From positions 8,963 to 72,962 of the forward strand of contig CACLAD010000002.1 in NCBI GenBank assembly GCA_902604715.1: DNA of 64,000 nucleotides. Reading direction: 5' to 3'. Shown here piece by piece: positions 37,904 to 48,832 of this stretch. Every line of letters begins with the position of its first letter. Within the stretch, counting starts at the first letter, position 1. Made by a program: the position numbers and the translations under genes. The notes beneath the pieces were generated by a model, which was not told where the DNA came from, made no database searches, and saw only the letters and a program-made list of their open reading frames with translations. Source of the stretch: an uncultured Bacteroidota bacterium (GTDB taxonomy: Bacteria; Bacteroidota; Bacteroidia; Flavobacteriales; Flavobacteriaceae).

Positions 37904-38436
37904 AAATACACTTTGGGTTTTACTTCGTTAATCTCAACTGCTCCAGACTCCCTTAATAACTTTTTCAATGCACCCTCGGGCTTATTGGTATGAATTTCTA
38001 CTAAGAAATGATCATCAGTTGTTCTGGGATCTGGATTTTCAGCTTTCTTTAGAGGCCACATTTTACTCCTCAGGTAAAAAGTGATGACCATCAAATGTGC
38101 CGCATGAAACACAGTCATCTCAAACATTATTGGCACAAAAGCAGGTAAATTTTCCATATAACTAAAGCTTGGCTTTCCACCAATATTTTGAGGCCAATCA
38201 ACTATCATTATATAATTCATCATTAATGTTGCCACAGTGATTCCTATACATCCATAAATAAATGCTGCAATTGCAATTCTGGTAGGTTCTAGACCCATAA
38301 CTTTATCCAATCCATGAACTGGGAAAGGAGTATAAATCTCTTCAATGTCATAATGATTATCCCTGATTTTTTTCACAGCGGATAACAAAATATCGTCATC
38401 ATTATAAAAAGCATGAAATATTTTTTCTGATCCCAT
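37900..38436 (-). CDS. actD: Alternative complex III subunit ActD (DUF3341)
   Basis: 178 aa. A soluble N-terminal part (AFYNDDDILLSAVKKIRD), then 2 TM helices. Position between actC and actE. Confidence 0.8.
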   Translation of the reverse strand: MGSEKIFHAFYNDDDILLSAVKKIRDNHYDIEEIYTPFPVHGLDKVMGLEPTRIAIAAFIYGCIGITVATLMMNYIMIVDWPQNIGGKPSFSYMENLPAFVPIMFEMTVFHAAHLMVITFYLRSKMWPLKKAENPDPRTTDDHFLVEIHTNKPEGALKKLLRESGAVEINEVKPKVYL

Positions 38437-38437
38437 A

Positions 38438-39880
38438 TTAGCTATTATTTATAATTTTTGAAGTTCTTTCATCAGCTCCTTTACCCACAAGTGATTTACC
38501 GCTATCTCTCAATTTTTTATATTTTTCACCTGAACTCTTTAGTATTGTTTTTACTTCGGCCTGAGCAATAACTGGGAATGTTCTCGCGTACAACAGAAAT
38601 AAAACAAAAAAGAATCCAATTGTTCCAATGAAAATACTTATGTCCGCAGGTGACGGTGAAAACTGGGTCCATGAGGATGGTAAATAATCCCTGTGAAGAG
38701 AGGTTACAATAATAACAAATCTTTCAAACCACATCCCAATATTAACGACTATTGAAATAAAAAATGAGAACATAATACTTGTCCTTAATTTTTTAAACCA
38801 CATAAACTGAGGAGAAAATACATTACAACTCATCATCGCCCAATATGCCCACGCATATGGACCTGTAGCTCTATTTAAGAATGCATACTGTTCATACTCA
38901 ACCCCTGAGTACCAGGCAATAAATAGTTCAGTTATGTAAGCCACTCCAACAATAGAACCCGTAATCATTATCACGATATTCATTAATTCAATATGCTGTA
39001 GTGTTATATAAGCCTCCATATTACACACTTTTCTCATTATAATCAACAGAGTATTAACCATTGCAAATCCTGAAAAGATTGCACCAGCTACAAAATAAGG
39101 CGGAAATATCGTTGTATGCCATCCAGGGATAACAGAAGTTGCAAAGTCAAAAGATACAATTGTGTGAACAGAAAGAACAAGAGGGGTTGCTAGACCTGCA
39201 AGAACAAGTGATACTTCTTCAAATCTTTGCCAATCTTTTGCGCGACCAGACCAACCAAAACTTAATATACTATAAATTCTTTTTTGAAATGGCTTTACTG
39301 CCCTATCTCTAATCATTGCAAAATCAGGTAATAAACCAGTCCACCAAAAAACAAGAGAAACTGAAAGGTAAGTTGAAATAGCAAATACATCCCATAAGAG
39401 GGGAGAATTAAAATTAACCCACAATGAACCAAATCCATTCGGTATAGGGAGCATCCAATATGCAAGCCAGGGTCTACCCATGTGAATAATTGGAAATAGT
39501 CCTGCTTGGATTACAGAAAATATAGTCATCGCTTCAGCGGATCTGTTAATAGCCATTCTCCATTTTTGTCTAAATAAGAGTAATACTGCTGATATCAAGG
39601 TTCCAGCGTGACCAATTCCTACCCACCAAACAAAATTTGTAATATCCCAGGCCCAACCCACGGTTTTATTTAAGCCCCAGACACCAATTCCAGTGGAAAT
39701 AGTGTAAATTATCCATCCTAAACCCCACAAAAACATTGCTAGCGATATTAGAAAAACAATCCACCACTGCTTATTAGCTCTGGTTTCAATGGGCCTAGCA
39801 ATATCAACTGTCACATCGTGGTAGGATTTCTCCCCAGCGACTAATGGTCTTCTAATTGGTGCTTCGTAGTGGGATCCCAT
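38438..39880 (-). CDS. actC: Alternative complex III quinol-interacting membrane subunit ActC (NrfD/PsrC family)
   Basis: 480-aa polytopic protein with NrfD-like helices (WGLNKTVGWAWDITNFVWWVGIGHAGTLISA). Confidence 0.85.
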   Translation of the reverse strand: MGSHYEAPIRRPLVAGEKSYHDVTVDIARPIETRANKQWWIVFLISLAMFLWGLGWIIYTISTGIGVWGLNKTVGWAWDITNFVWWVGIGHAGTLISAVLLLFRQKWRMAINRSAEAMTIFSVIQAGLFPIIHMGRPWLAYWMLPIPNGFGSLWVNFNSPLLWDVFAISTYLSVSLVFWWTGLLPDFAMIRDRAVKPFQKRIYSILSFGWSGRAKDWQRFEEVSLVLAGLATPLVLSVHTIVSFDFATSVIPGWHTTIFPPYFVAGAIFSGFAMVNTLLIIMRKVCNMEAYITLQHIELMNIVIMITGSIVGVAYITELFIAWYSGVEYEQYAFLNRATGPYAWAYWAMMSCNVFSPQFMWFKKLRTSIMFSFFISIVVNIGMWFERFVIIVTSLHRDYLPSSWTQFSPSPADISIFIGTIGFFFVLFLLYARTFPVIAQAEVKTILKSSGEKYKKLRDSGKSLVGKGADERTSKIINNS

Positions 39881-39893
39881 AATGTTTTAATTA

Positions 39894-42800
39894 TTAAACA
39901 TTTTTTTTAGTATTTCTAACTTTTACTTGATAAACCACATTTGGTTTAGTTCCAACAGCATCAAGTAAATGATAAGCTCTTTTATTTTTCTTAAGTTCTG
40001 CAATTTTACTTCCAGGCTCATTTAAATCTCCAAATCTCATTGCTCCACTAGAACAAGCTGAGGCACAAGCGCAAGTATCATTAAATTCACCAGCTGCAAC
40101 AGGTCTTCCTTCATTTTTAGCTTTTAAAATAACTGCCTGAGTATTTTGAATACAAAATGAGCACTTTTCCATTACCCCCCTTGATCTAACAGTAACATCA
40201 GGGTTAATAACCATTCTTCCTAAATCATTATTCATGTGATAATCAAATTCATCATTACCGTTATACAAGAACCAATTAAACCTTCTTACTTTATATGGGC
40301 AATTATTAGCACAATATCTAGTACCAACACATCTATTGTAAGCCATATGATTTTGTCCTTGCCTTCCATGACTAGTCGCAGCAACAGGGCAAACTGTTTC
40401 ACAAGGAGCGTGATTACAATGTTGACACATAATAGGTTGGAATGCAACCTGAGGGTTTTCAGACGGGTTTTCTAATTCTGCAAATGATGTTACAGAACTT
40501 CCTATTCCGCTGATGTTGTCTTTTTTCATATCGTCATCATAGAAAGAATCTTCAGATGAATAGTACCTGTCAATTCTAAGCCAGTGCATATCTCTACTCT
40601 TTCTTATCTCTCTCTTTCCCACAACTGGAACATTGTTTTCTGCGTGACATGCTATTACACATGCTCCACAACCAGTACAAGCATTTAGATCGATTGACAG
40701 ATTAAAGTGATGACCAATTGATCTGTCAAATTCTTGCCACAAATCAACATCAGGGGATGAAACAGGGGTTTCAATATGATTTAAAGAAACAACTGCTTGA
40801 CTGTTCCATACCTCAACACTTTTTGTATTAAACTCATCAAGTGTTGTTTCTTTGATTATATCTCCCCTTCCCATCAAAGTATTTTGTAATTGAATCAAAG
40901 CAAACTCATGAATTTCATCAGTCGGAAAGATTTCAACGGATTGTACAGGGTTAAAGTCATTATACAAATTAAAAGCATTCACACCAACCATCATTTCAGT
41001 TTTTACTCCTTGATATCTACCATACCCAATAGCTAGACCAAGAGTTCCCCTTGCTTGTCCAGGCTGTATTAGTACAGGTGCTTTTATCTCTTTTTTACCT
41101 AATTTTATGAATGCATATTTACCGTTTAGACCACCATCAGCGTCATTTCTTGATTGATTAAAAAATGTACTAGGCTCTAAATACAATCCATTTTCTCTTG
41201 CATCAAATTCTGAAATAGTCAAATAATTATCCCAAGTTGCCCTAGTCAATGGGTCAGGGAATTCTTGTAGCCAAGGATTATTAGCATGCTTCCCGTCTCC
41301 CATCCCTGTTTTAGGATAAATATTTAACTCAAAAGAATTTGGGGAGTTTGTATCGACAATTCTAAATGTTTTATCTTGATGTTTAAACTTGTTAGTTCGC
41401 TTAGCAAAACCTAAGGATGAAGTTTTATAATAGATACCATCGTGAAGTGCTTTATTCCAAGAATCTAAACCTAATACATTTGCTTTCCAAAAGTTCTTTA
41501 TGTAATCATGCAGTGATATTTTATTTCCAGACCAAATAAGTAATAATTCTTGGAACTGTTTTGTGTCAAATAATGTTCTTATTACAGGCTGTGCTAAAGA
41601 AAACTCACCAGAAACCAACTCAAAATCTCCCCATGATTCTAAATAATGATTTGTAGCAGCTACATATTTTGAAGCCAATGCTGTTTCATCATTTTTCATT
41701 GAAAAACATATTGACATGTCTACTTTAACTAAGCCTTTGAAAAATTCTTCGGAGTCAGCAAGAGAGTAAATCGGATTCACACCAGACATAATTAACGCAC
41801 CAACATCTCCATTATTCATGCTAGAAATTAGTCTGGAAATCTTTTCATCATCACTACTTCTTGTAAAAATTGTTTTGGATGGGTTGAAAGAATAGCTATT
41901 TAGCTCTTCGTTGATTTCTAAAACTAATGATTGATAGTCCTCGTCCTTAATTCCTGAAATGACAACTGAACCATCAGCAGCAGATTTGATTTCCCTAATT
42001 AATGCGTCGACAATTTTCTTTGTTTTTTTATTTAAGGAAATGTCAGATTTGAGCTGGATTTTATTTCCGACAACAGACTTATAAATTTCAATAAGAACAA
42101 GTTTTTGCTCGTTTAATTTTAGAGGAACTCTAACATCTGCATTAGCTCCGGAGAGTGTCATATTTGATTCAAATTGAAAATGTCTAGACATTATTCCGTT
42201 ATCAGGGATTCTGCCTTTCGCGTAAGAACAGTCAAATCCACCTCCTTGCCAATCGCCTAAGAAATCTGCACCAATTGAAACAATAACTTTAGATTCTGAA
42301 AAATCATAATTTGAAAGGCCTCGAACTCCATATCTCGATTCATAAGCATTAAGAGCTGCAGATTCAGAAAACGAATCATAGGTTATATGTTTGACATTCT
42401 TATAATTTGATTTGAATTCTTCGATTAAGCTCTTTGTTGAAGGACTTGCAAATGTCTGAGTCAATAAAACAATTTCTTTATTACTTGCTGAAATTTTCTC
42501 AAGTTCAGACTTTGTTTCGTATTCAAATCCAAACCATGAAATAGGCATATTATCTTTTGTTGGTTGTGCCAATCTAGCATTGTCATAAAGATCAAGTATA
42601 GATGCGTGTACTCTACCATTAGCCGATTTTGAATCTGGAGCTAACTTATTTTTTTCGACTTTTATAGGCCTTCCCTCTCTGCTTTTGATAAGAATATTAG
42701 CAAAATCGTAACCATTTCCTATAGTTGTTGCATAGTAGTTTGCAATTCCAGGTATAATTTCTTTTGGCTGTACAACATATGGGATAGACTTAACCACCGG

Positions 42801-43022
42801 GCCTTCGCACGCTGCTAGAGTTGCTGCTGCTGTACTAAAACCAATATATTTCAGAAAATCTCTTCTTGAGGTGGAACTATTAGCAAGATTATCTTTGTCA
42901 GATAAAAACTCGTCAACTGGTATTTCTTGAACAAATTCTTTGTTTTGCAGATCATCAAATACATCGTTATTTGCAGAATTAAGCTCTGCTAAATTTTTCC
43001 AATATTTTTTATTATTTGACAT
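39894..43022 (-). CDS. actB: Alternative complex III subunit ActB (Tat-signal molybdopterin-oxidoreductase-like domain fused to a 4Fe-4S ferredoxin domain)
   Basis: 1042 aa. SRRDFLKYIGFSTAAATLAAC Tat/lipobox signal. Cys clusters CTGCGACVIACHAEN, CQHCNHAPCETVCP, CVGTRYCANNCPY and CSFC. Confidence 0.88.
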   Translation of the reverse strand: MSNNKKYWKNLAELNSANNDVFDDLQNKEFVQEIPVDEFLSDKDNLANSSTSRRDFLKYIGFSTAAATLAACEGPVVKSIPYVVQPKEIIPGIANYYATTIGNGYDFANILIKSREGRPIKVEKNKLAPDSKSANGRVHASILDLYDNARLAQPTKDNMPISWFGFEYETKSELEKISASNKEIVLLTQTFASPSTKSLIEEFKSNYKNVKHITYDSFSESAALNAYESRYGVRGLSNYDFSESKVIVSIGADFLGDWQGGGFDCSYAKGRIPDNGIMSRHFQFESNMTLSGANADVRVPLKLNEQKLVLIEIYKSVVGNKIQLKSDISLNKKTKKIVDALIREIKSAADGSVVISGIKDEDYQSLVLEINEELNSYSFNPSKTIFTRSSDDEKISRLISSMNNGDVGALIMSGVNPIYSLADSEEFFKGLVKVDMSICFSMKNDETALASKYVAATNHYLESWGDFELVSGEFSLAQPVIRTLFDTKQFQELLLIWSGNKISLHDYIKNFWKANVLGLDSWNKALHDGIYYKTSSLGFAKRTNKFKHQDKTFRIVDTNSPNSFELNIYPKTGMGDGKHANNPWLQEFPDPLTRATWDNYLTISEFDARENGLYLEPSTFFNQSRNDADGGLNGKYAFIKLGKKEIKAPVLIQPGQARGTLGLAIGYGRYQGVKTEMMVGVNAFNLYNDFNPVQSVEIFPTDEIHEFALIQLQNTLMGRGDIIKETTLDEFNTKSVEVWNSQAVVSLNHIETPVSSPDVDLWQEFDRSIGHHFNLSIDLNACTGCGACVIACHAENNVPVVGKREIRKSRDMHWLRIDRYYSSEDSFYDDDMKKDNISGIGSSVTSFAELENPSENPQVAFQPIMCQHCNHAPCETVCPVAATSHGRQGQNHMAYNRCVGTRYCANNCPYKVRRFNWFLYNGNDEFDYHMNNDLGRMVINPDVTVRSRGVMEKCSFCIQNTQAVILKAKNEGRPVAAGEFNDTCACASACSSGAMRFGDLNEPGSKIAELKKNKRAYHLLDAVGTKPNVVYQVKVRNTKKNV

Positions 43023-43038
43023 CTATAATTTTATCTAA

Positions 43039-44370
43039 TTAATAATGACATTTACCACATTCTAGCCCGCCCATTTGAGCAGCTGTTAACTCTTCAACAC
43101 CATATTTTTTTGACAACTCTGCATGAATTCTATCATAATATTCATTGTCTTTAATATTAACATTAGTTTCTCTGTGGCAATTTATACACCAACCCATGGT
43201 TAAAGAAGAGTGTTGATACATTATCTCCATCTCCTCTACCGGACCATGACAAGTCTGACATTCAATACCAGCAACATTTACGTGCTGTGAATGATTAAAA
43301 TAAGCGAAATCTGGTAAATTGTGAATTCTTACCCATTTTACAGGATATGTGACTCCAGTGTACTCTTGTGCCTCATCATCCCATCCTACTGCCTTGTATA
43401 ATTTTTGAATTTCAGCGTCATAAAATTCTTTAGTGTATTCTTCAGTTGTTTCACCATTATACTCATAAATACTTTTGTGACAGTTCATACATATGTTTAG
43501 TGATGGAATACCAGAATGCTTACTAACTTTGGCTGAGGAATGACAGTAATTACAGTCAATTTTATTATCACCAGAATGGATTTTGTGGGAATAATGAATA
43601 GGTTGTACAGGCATGTAACCCTGATTTACACCCACCTGCATCGTCCACCCATAGAACTCATATGCACTAGCAAACAAAAAGAATAATGCAGTGCAAAACA
43701 TTAAAAATTGATTTTCTAAATAAGATTTCCATAATGGCTTACCCTTTTTCTTTTTTTCAATTTTTATCCCCTTATCTTTTGCAAGATTTTTTAATGCAGT
43801 TGTAACAATTACAAGAGCAATTGATAACATTAAAAAGAGTAAAGTAAAAATTCCTAGAATTATTTCATCTGTTAATCCTGTATTGTTAGAAGGCCCAGTA
43901 TTAAATTGAGCTGGAACAGCAGCTGGTTTTGGAACAGCTTTGTCCTGAGCAGTATAAGCCAAAATATTATCAATATCTGCATTTGTTAGCTGAGGGTAGG
44001 CTGTCATAGCAGCTCTGTTATATTCTTCATAGATTTTTACAGCATAGGAGTCACCAGATTTGATTAACGAGGAGCTGTTCCTGATCCATTTGTAGAGCCA
44101 TTCTCTGTCTAATCCTTCATCTTCGGCTAACCGTTTTTCAACATACCGAAGAGCAGGACCAGTCATTTTTCGGTCAAGCTTGTGGCATGAAGCGCAATTA
44201 GTATTAAATAAGGCTTTACCGGCAACAGGATCACCTTCTTGTCCATAACTTGTTGAAATAAAAGAGGTTATGAAAAATAGGTAAAAAGCGTAGAATTTTA
44301 GACTGTTTAATTTGGTTAGTTTTTTAAACAATTTTAAAGCAATTTTGATACTAAATACTTTTGAATCCAT
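43039..44370 (-). CDS. actA: Alternative complex III multiheme cytochrome c subunit ActA with an N-terminal class-I cytochrome c domain
   Basis: Six CxxCH motifs. CASCH lies in the N-terminal domain, followed by a TM segment (ILGIFTLLFLMLSIALVIV). CNYCH, CMNCH, CQTCH, CINCH and CGKCH lie in the C-terminal domain. Confidence 0.85.
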   Translation of the reverse strand: MDSKVFSIKIALKLFKKLTKLNSLKFYAFYLFFITSFISTSYGQEGDPVAGKALFNTNCASCHKLDRKMTGPALRYVEKRLAEDEGLDREWLYKWIRNSSSLIKSGDSYAVKIYEEYNRAAMTAYPQLTNADIDNILAYTAQDKAVPKPAAVPAQFNTGPSNNTGLTDEIILGIFTLLFLMLSIALVIVTTALKNLAKDKGIKIEKKKKGKPLWKSYLENQFLMFCTALFFLFASAYEFYGWTMQVGVNQGYMPVQPIHYSHKIHSGDNKIDCNYCHSSAKVSKHSGIPSLNICMNCHKSIYEYNGETTEEYTKEFYDAEIQKLYKAVGWDDEAQEYTGVTYPVKWVRIHNLPDFAYFNHSQHVNVAGIECQTCHGPVEEMEIMYQHSSLTMGWCINCHRETNVNIKDNEYYDRIHAELSKKYGVEELTAAQMGGLECGKCHY

Positions 44371-44399
44371 TCAAAAATAGCCTGTTATAAATAGAAGCA

Positions 44400-44407
44400 C
44401 AAAAATA
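44400..44407 (-). promoter_or_regulatory. Possible -7 box (TATTTTTG on the minus strand) for the act-cox operon
   Basis: Exact TAnnTTTG match 30 nt upstream of the actA ATG 44370, in a 221-nt AT-rich divergent spacer. Confidence 0.35.
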
Positions 44408-44591
44408 ACATCTATTATGGTTATTTTAAACATAAATTATACAATATTTATGAAAAAAACTAATTTATAATGGTTCTAAATAAAGTAAAAATATGAGTTT
44501 CTATACTTAGTAATATTTTATTATTTTTAGTATAGAGTTTTATATGTGTTGTATATAACTTATATTTAATTAAAAATTTTATAGAAAATAG

Positions 44592-45017
44592 ATGCCAAAA
44601 ATTATAACATTTTTTATGATAATTTCATTGTCCTATGCAACTTCATTTGGACAAAATGGAAATATAAAAATTAGCCAAAGTAATAAACTTGACAGTGTAA
44701 TTAAATTAAAAAAAGAACTTAACTCTAAAATTCAAAATCTTAGAATTCAGATTTACAGTGGAGATAGAGATAATGCCGAACAAATAATAAAAGAATTTAT
44801 TGAAATATTTAATGATATTACAGCAGATGTTATATATGAAACTCCCAATTATAAAGTATGGGTTGGAAATTATTATACACAACTTGAAGCCGATAAAAGG
44901 CTTATTGAAATCAGAAAAAAATTTAGAAGTGCTTTTATTTTCAGACCTGAACTTCAAGAAATTTTTGTAGATGAAATTGACGAAGAATTAAACCAGGAAA
45001 AATCGATGATATATTAG
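44592..45017 (+). CDS. SPOR domain-containing protein
   Basis: 141 aa with a signal peptide. SPOR-like core [16 protein letters not shown]...[25 protein letters not shown]. Confidence 0.7.
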   Translation: MPKIITFFMIISLSYATSFGQNGNIKISQSNKLDSVIKLKKELNSKIQNLRIQIYSGDRDNAEQIIKEFIEIFNDITADVIYETPNYKVWVGNYYTQLEADKRLIEIRKKFRSAFIFRPELQEIFVDEIDEELNQEKSMIY

Positions 45018-47578
45018 ATTTTTTTCTTTATTGCAACATTTACAAATCCTTCAATTTCATCTCCAACTTTGACATCCTTGTAATCTGTAATTTGTAATCC
45101 ACAATCATATCCTTTAGAAACTTCTTTAACATCATCTTTAAACCTTTTTAAAGAAGAAAGAGAACCTGTATATATTACCACCCCTTCTCTTATTAATCGG
45201 ATTTCTGAATTCCTGACAATTTTTCCTTTGGTTACCATACATCCTGCAATAGTTCCAATCTTTGAAATTTTATAAGTTTCTCTGACCTCGCATAAGCCTG
45301 TAATCTCCTCCTTGAAGTCAGGCGACAACATACCTTCCATTGCGTCTTTTACATCATTTATAGCATCATAAATTATTGAATATGTTCTAATGTCTATTTG
45401 TTCTTTGTCAGCTATTTGTCTAGCATTGCCCATTGGTCGAACATTAAACCCTACAACAATAGCATCTGAGGCAGAAGCTAATAAAACATCACTTTCAGTA
45501 ATGGCGCCTACCGCCTTATGAATAATGTTAACTTGTATTTCTTCAGTTGATAATTTTTGTAATGAGTCTGTTAATGCTTCAACTGATCCATCAACATCTC
45601 CTTTTAAAATTATATTTAATTCTTTAAACTCACCTAGAGCAATTCTTCTTCCTATTTCATCAAGCGTAATATGTTTTTGTGTTCTGACGGTTTGCTCACG
45701 CTGAAGCTGTGTTCTTTTATTTGCAATTTGCTTAGCTTCTCTCTCGTCAGAAAAAACGGAGAATTTATCTCCTGCTTGAGGTGCGCCGTCCAAGCCCAAA
45801 ATTGATATCGGAGTGGATGGACCTGCCTCTTTAACCTCATTACCCCTTTCATCTTGCATAGCCTTAACTTTTCCACTATTTTTTCCGGCAAGAACAAAAT
45901 CACCAATTTTAAGTGTACCAGCCTGTACTAATATTGTTGAAATATATCCTCTTCCCTTGTCTAAAAATGCTTCAACAACAGTTCCGCTTGCGTCCTTATC
46001 CGGATTTGCTTTTAGCTCCAACAATTCTGCTTCTAAAAGAACCTTTTCCAGCAACTCATTTACACCATCACCTTTAAGTGCAGATATATCATGAGATTGA
46101 ATTTTTCCTCCCCAGTCCTCCACAAGCAAATTCATGTTTGAAAGAGATTCTTTAATCTTATCGGGATTTGAATTTGGCTTGTCAATCTTGTTAATTGCAA
46201 ATACAATCGGAACAGACGCTGCCTGGGCGTGGGATATAGCCTCCTTTGTCTGAGGCATAATATCATCATCAGCTGCGATTACAATTATTGCTAAATCTGT
46301 AACCTGAGCCCCTCTTGCTCGCATAGCAGTAAAAGCCTCATGACCAGGAGTATCTAAAAAAGTTATTTTTTGACCATCATTTAGCTCAACTCCATACGCG
46401 CCAATGTGCTGGGTTATTCCACCAGACTCACCTGCTATTACATTTTCTTTTCTAATGTAATCTAATAGAGAGGTTTTTCCATGATCAACATGACCCATAA
46501 CTGTTACAATTGGAGGTCTTGATTTTAAATCATCTGCAGAATCCTCAGGTTCAATATTTTCCTCTTCAATTTCTGCTGTTACAAACTCTACCTTATATCC
46601 AAATTCTTCTGCAACAATAGATAAAGTCTCTGCATCCAATCTTTGATTTAGCGTCACCATCATACCCAATGTCATACATGCTGAAATAATCTCGGTTGGA
46701 GAAACATCCATCATTGTAGCAATCTCATTTGCAGTTACAAATTCAGTTACTTTTAATATTTTACTTTCTTCTTTAAGAGCGGCTAGCTCTTCTTCCGTTT
46801 TTTGTTTGTGCTGATCTCTTTTGTCTTTTCTGTATTTAGCAGCTTTTCCTTTTGAAGTTTTACCTTGTAGTTTTTCTAATGTCTCTTTAATCTGCTGCTG
46901 AACTTCTTCTTCGCTTGGCTCTTCTTTCAATGGTCTTTTAAACCTTTCCTTTTGTTTAGACTTTGAGGCTGATACATTATTTTGAGAGGAATCTTCCTGT
47001 TTTGAAACAATTCTTCTTCTTCTCTTTTTAGATTTAGTTTTTGGGGTTTCAGATTGTGCTTGTTTAAGTTTTTCTAAGTCAATTTTTTCACCAGTAGAAG
47101 TGAGGCCTGAAAGTTTTTTGTAATTATCTTTCTTTAAGGTTTCGTCAACCTTATCATCTTGAACCTGATTTGCTTTTTCATTAGTGTTTTGTTCTGTTTT
47201 ATCTTTTATAACAGATTTAGCATCCTCGTATTTAGAGTTGAGATCAATTTTGCCAAGTTTTTTAAACTGAACTACTTTTGAAGAAGCTTTAATGATTTCA
47301 GTTTCAGATTTATTTAAGTGATTTTCTTGTTCTCTTTCCTGCTTCTCTCTAATTTTTTCCTTCTCTTTGTTTTTTGCCTCAACCACCTCTTTAGATGCTA
47401 TTTTTTTATCTGCATCTATCTGGAATTCATCACACAACAAGTCATATAAATCCTTAGAAATTTTAGCTGTAGGTCTTTTTTCAATTTTGTGACCCTTAGA
47501 TTCTAAAAAATCTGCTACCCTATCAATGGATATATTTAACTCTCTAAGAACTTTATTTAACCTTATTGTTTCTGCCAT
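45014..47578 (-). CDS. infB: Translation initiation factor IF-2
   Basis: 854 aa. K/E-rich N-terminal region and a G domain with [20 protein letters not shown] and NKIDK. Confidence 0.95.
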   Translation of the reverse strand: MAETIRLNKVLRELNISIDRVADFLESKGHKIEKRPTAKISKDLYDLLCDEFQIDADKKIASKEVVEAKNKEKEKIREKQEREQENHLNKSETEIIKASSKVVQFKKLGKIDLNSKYEDAKSVIKDKTEQNTNEKANQVQDDKVDETLKKDNYKKLSGLTSTGEKIDLEKLKQAQSETPKTKSKKRRRRIVSKQEDSSQNNVSASKSKQKERFKRPLKEEPSEEEVQQQIKETLEKLQGKTSKGKAAKYRKDKRDQHKQKTEEELAALKEESKILKVTEFVTANEIATMMDVSPTEIISACMTLGMMVTLNQRLDAETLSIVAEEFGYKVEFVTAEIEEENIEPEDSADDLKSRPPIVTVMGHVDHGKTSLLDYIRKENVIAGESGGITQHIGAYGVELNDGQKITFLDTPGHEAFTAMRARGAQVTDLAIIVIAADDDIMPQTKEAISHAQAASVPIVFAINKIDKPNSNPDKIKESLSNMNLLVEDWGGKIQSHDISALKGDGVNELLEKVLLEAELLELKANPDKDASGTVVEAFLDKGRGYISTILVQAGTLKIGDFVLAGKNSGKVKAMQDERGNEVKEAGPSTPISILGLDGAPQAGDKFSVFSDEREAKQIANKRTQLQREQTVRTQKHITLDEIGRRIALGEFKELNIILKGDVDGSVEALTDSLQKLSTEEIQVNIIHKAVGAITESDVLLASASDAIVVGFNVRPMGNARQIADKEQIDIRTYSIIYDAINDVKDAMEGMLSPDFKEEITGLCEVRETYKISKIGTIAGCMVTKGKIVRNSEIRLIREGVVIYTGSLSSLKRFKDDVKEVSKGYDCGLQITDYKDVKVGDEIEGFVNVAIKKKI

Positions 47579-47596
47579 ATATAGCTATTAATTTTT

Positions 47597-48829
47597 TTAA
47601 TCTTCAAATTCTTCTTTTAAAATTTTAAGAACATCATTAATTGTTTCCTCTTCTAAATCGGTTCTTTTTACCAAATCTTCAGCATCTTGTTCTAAAACAC
47701 TTTTTGCAGTGTCAAGCCCAGCTTTTGCAAGCTCTTCAATAACCCATGAATCGATTTCATCTGAAAATTCAGTCAATTCAACATCTTCTTCAACTCCTTC
47801 CCTAAATACATCAATCTCATAGCCTGTTAACTGACCAGCTAACCTTATATTGTGACCACCTCTACCAATAGCCTTACTAACCTCTTCAGGATTTAAGATA
47901 ACCTCAACTCTTTTATTTTCTTCATCAATTTTCATTGAATTTAATCTTGCTGGGTTAAGAGCTCTGGTTATGAATAATTGTAGATTATTCGTGTAATTTA
48001 TAACATCAATATTTTCATTACCAAGTTCTCTAACTATGCCATGAATTCTTGAACCTTTCATTCCAACACATGCACCAACTGGATCAATTCTGTCATCATA
48101 TGAGTCAACTGCAACTTTAGCCTTTTCACCAGGTATTCTAACAACTTTTTTGATTGTAATTAAACCATCAAATACCTCTGGAATTTCCTGCTCAAATAGT
48201 TTTTCCAAGAAAACTGGTGAAGTCCTAGACAAAATAATTGAAGGCTTAGTACCAATTAATTCAACGCTTTCAATTATTCCCCTAATATTGTCACCTTTTC
48301 TAAAAAAATCGGAGGGAATTTGTCTGTCCTTAGGCATAATGATTTCATTACCCTCATCGTCTAATAATATTATAGCCTTATGTCTGATATGATGAACTTC
48401 AGCAGTATATATTTCACCCTCTAGCTCCTTGAACTTCTTATACACATTGGTATTATCATGCTCATGAATTTTAGAGGTTAAGTTTTGACGTAAGGCTAAT
48501 ATTGCTCTTCTACCAAGATCAATTAATTTAACCTCCTCAGAAACATCTTCACCAACCTCAAAATCAGGTTCAATTTTTCTAGCTTCTGATATTGCTATTT
48601 CAAGATTATCATCTTCAACATTATCATCTTCAACAACAATTCTGTTTCTCCAAATTTCTAAATCTCCCTTATCAGGGTTAATGATTATATCAAAATTTTC
48701 GTCATCTCCATACTTTCTTCTAAGAGCAGATCTAAATACTTCTTCTAGAATAGCCATAAGTGTTACCCTGTCAATTAACTTGTCATCCTTGAATTCCGAA
48801 AATGATTCAATAAGCGTTAAATTATCCAT
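47597..48829 (-). CDS. nusA: Transcription termination/antitermination factor NusA
   Basis: 410 aa. S1 region, then KH motifs DPVGACVGMKGSRI and KAIGRGGHNIRLA. Confidence 0.95.
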   Translation of the reverse strand: MDNLTLIESFSEFKDDKLIDRVTLMAILEEVFRSALRRKYGDDENFDIIINPDKGDLEIWRNRIVVEDDNVEDDNLEIAISEARKIEPDFEVGEDVSEEVKLIDLGRRAILALRQNLTSKIHEHDNTNVYKKFKELEGEIYTAEVHHIRHKAIILLDDEGNEIIMPKDRQIPSDFFRKGDNIRGIIESVELIGTKPSIILSRTSPVFLEKLFEQEIPEVFDGLITIKKVVRIPGEKAKVAVDSYDDRIDPVGACVGMKGSRIHGIVRELGNENIDVINYTNNLQLFITRALNPARLNSMKIDEENKRVEVILNPEEVSKAIGRGGHNIRLAGQLTGYEIDVFREGVEEDVELTEFSDEIDSWVIEELAKAGLDTAKSVLEQDAEDLVKRTDLEEETINDVLKILKEEFED

Positions 48830-48832
48830 ATT

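Noticed and set aside
44372-44379. Exact -7 box (TATTTTTG on the minus strand) abutting the actA ATG.
   Set aside because: A transcription start from this box would fall inside the coding sequence, and there is no downstream in-frame ATG before the signal/TM region. The box at 44400-44407 is better placed. This is probably a chance match in A/T-only DNA.
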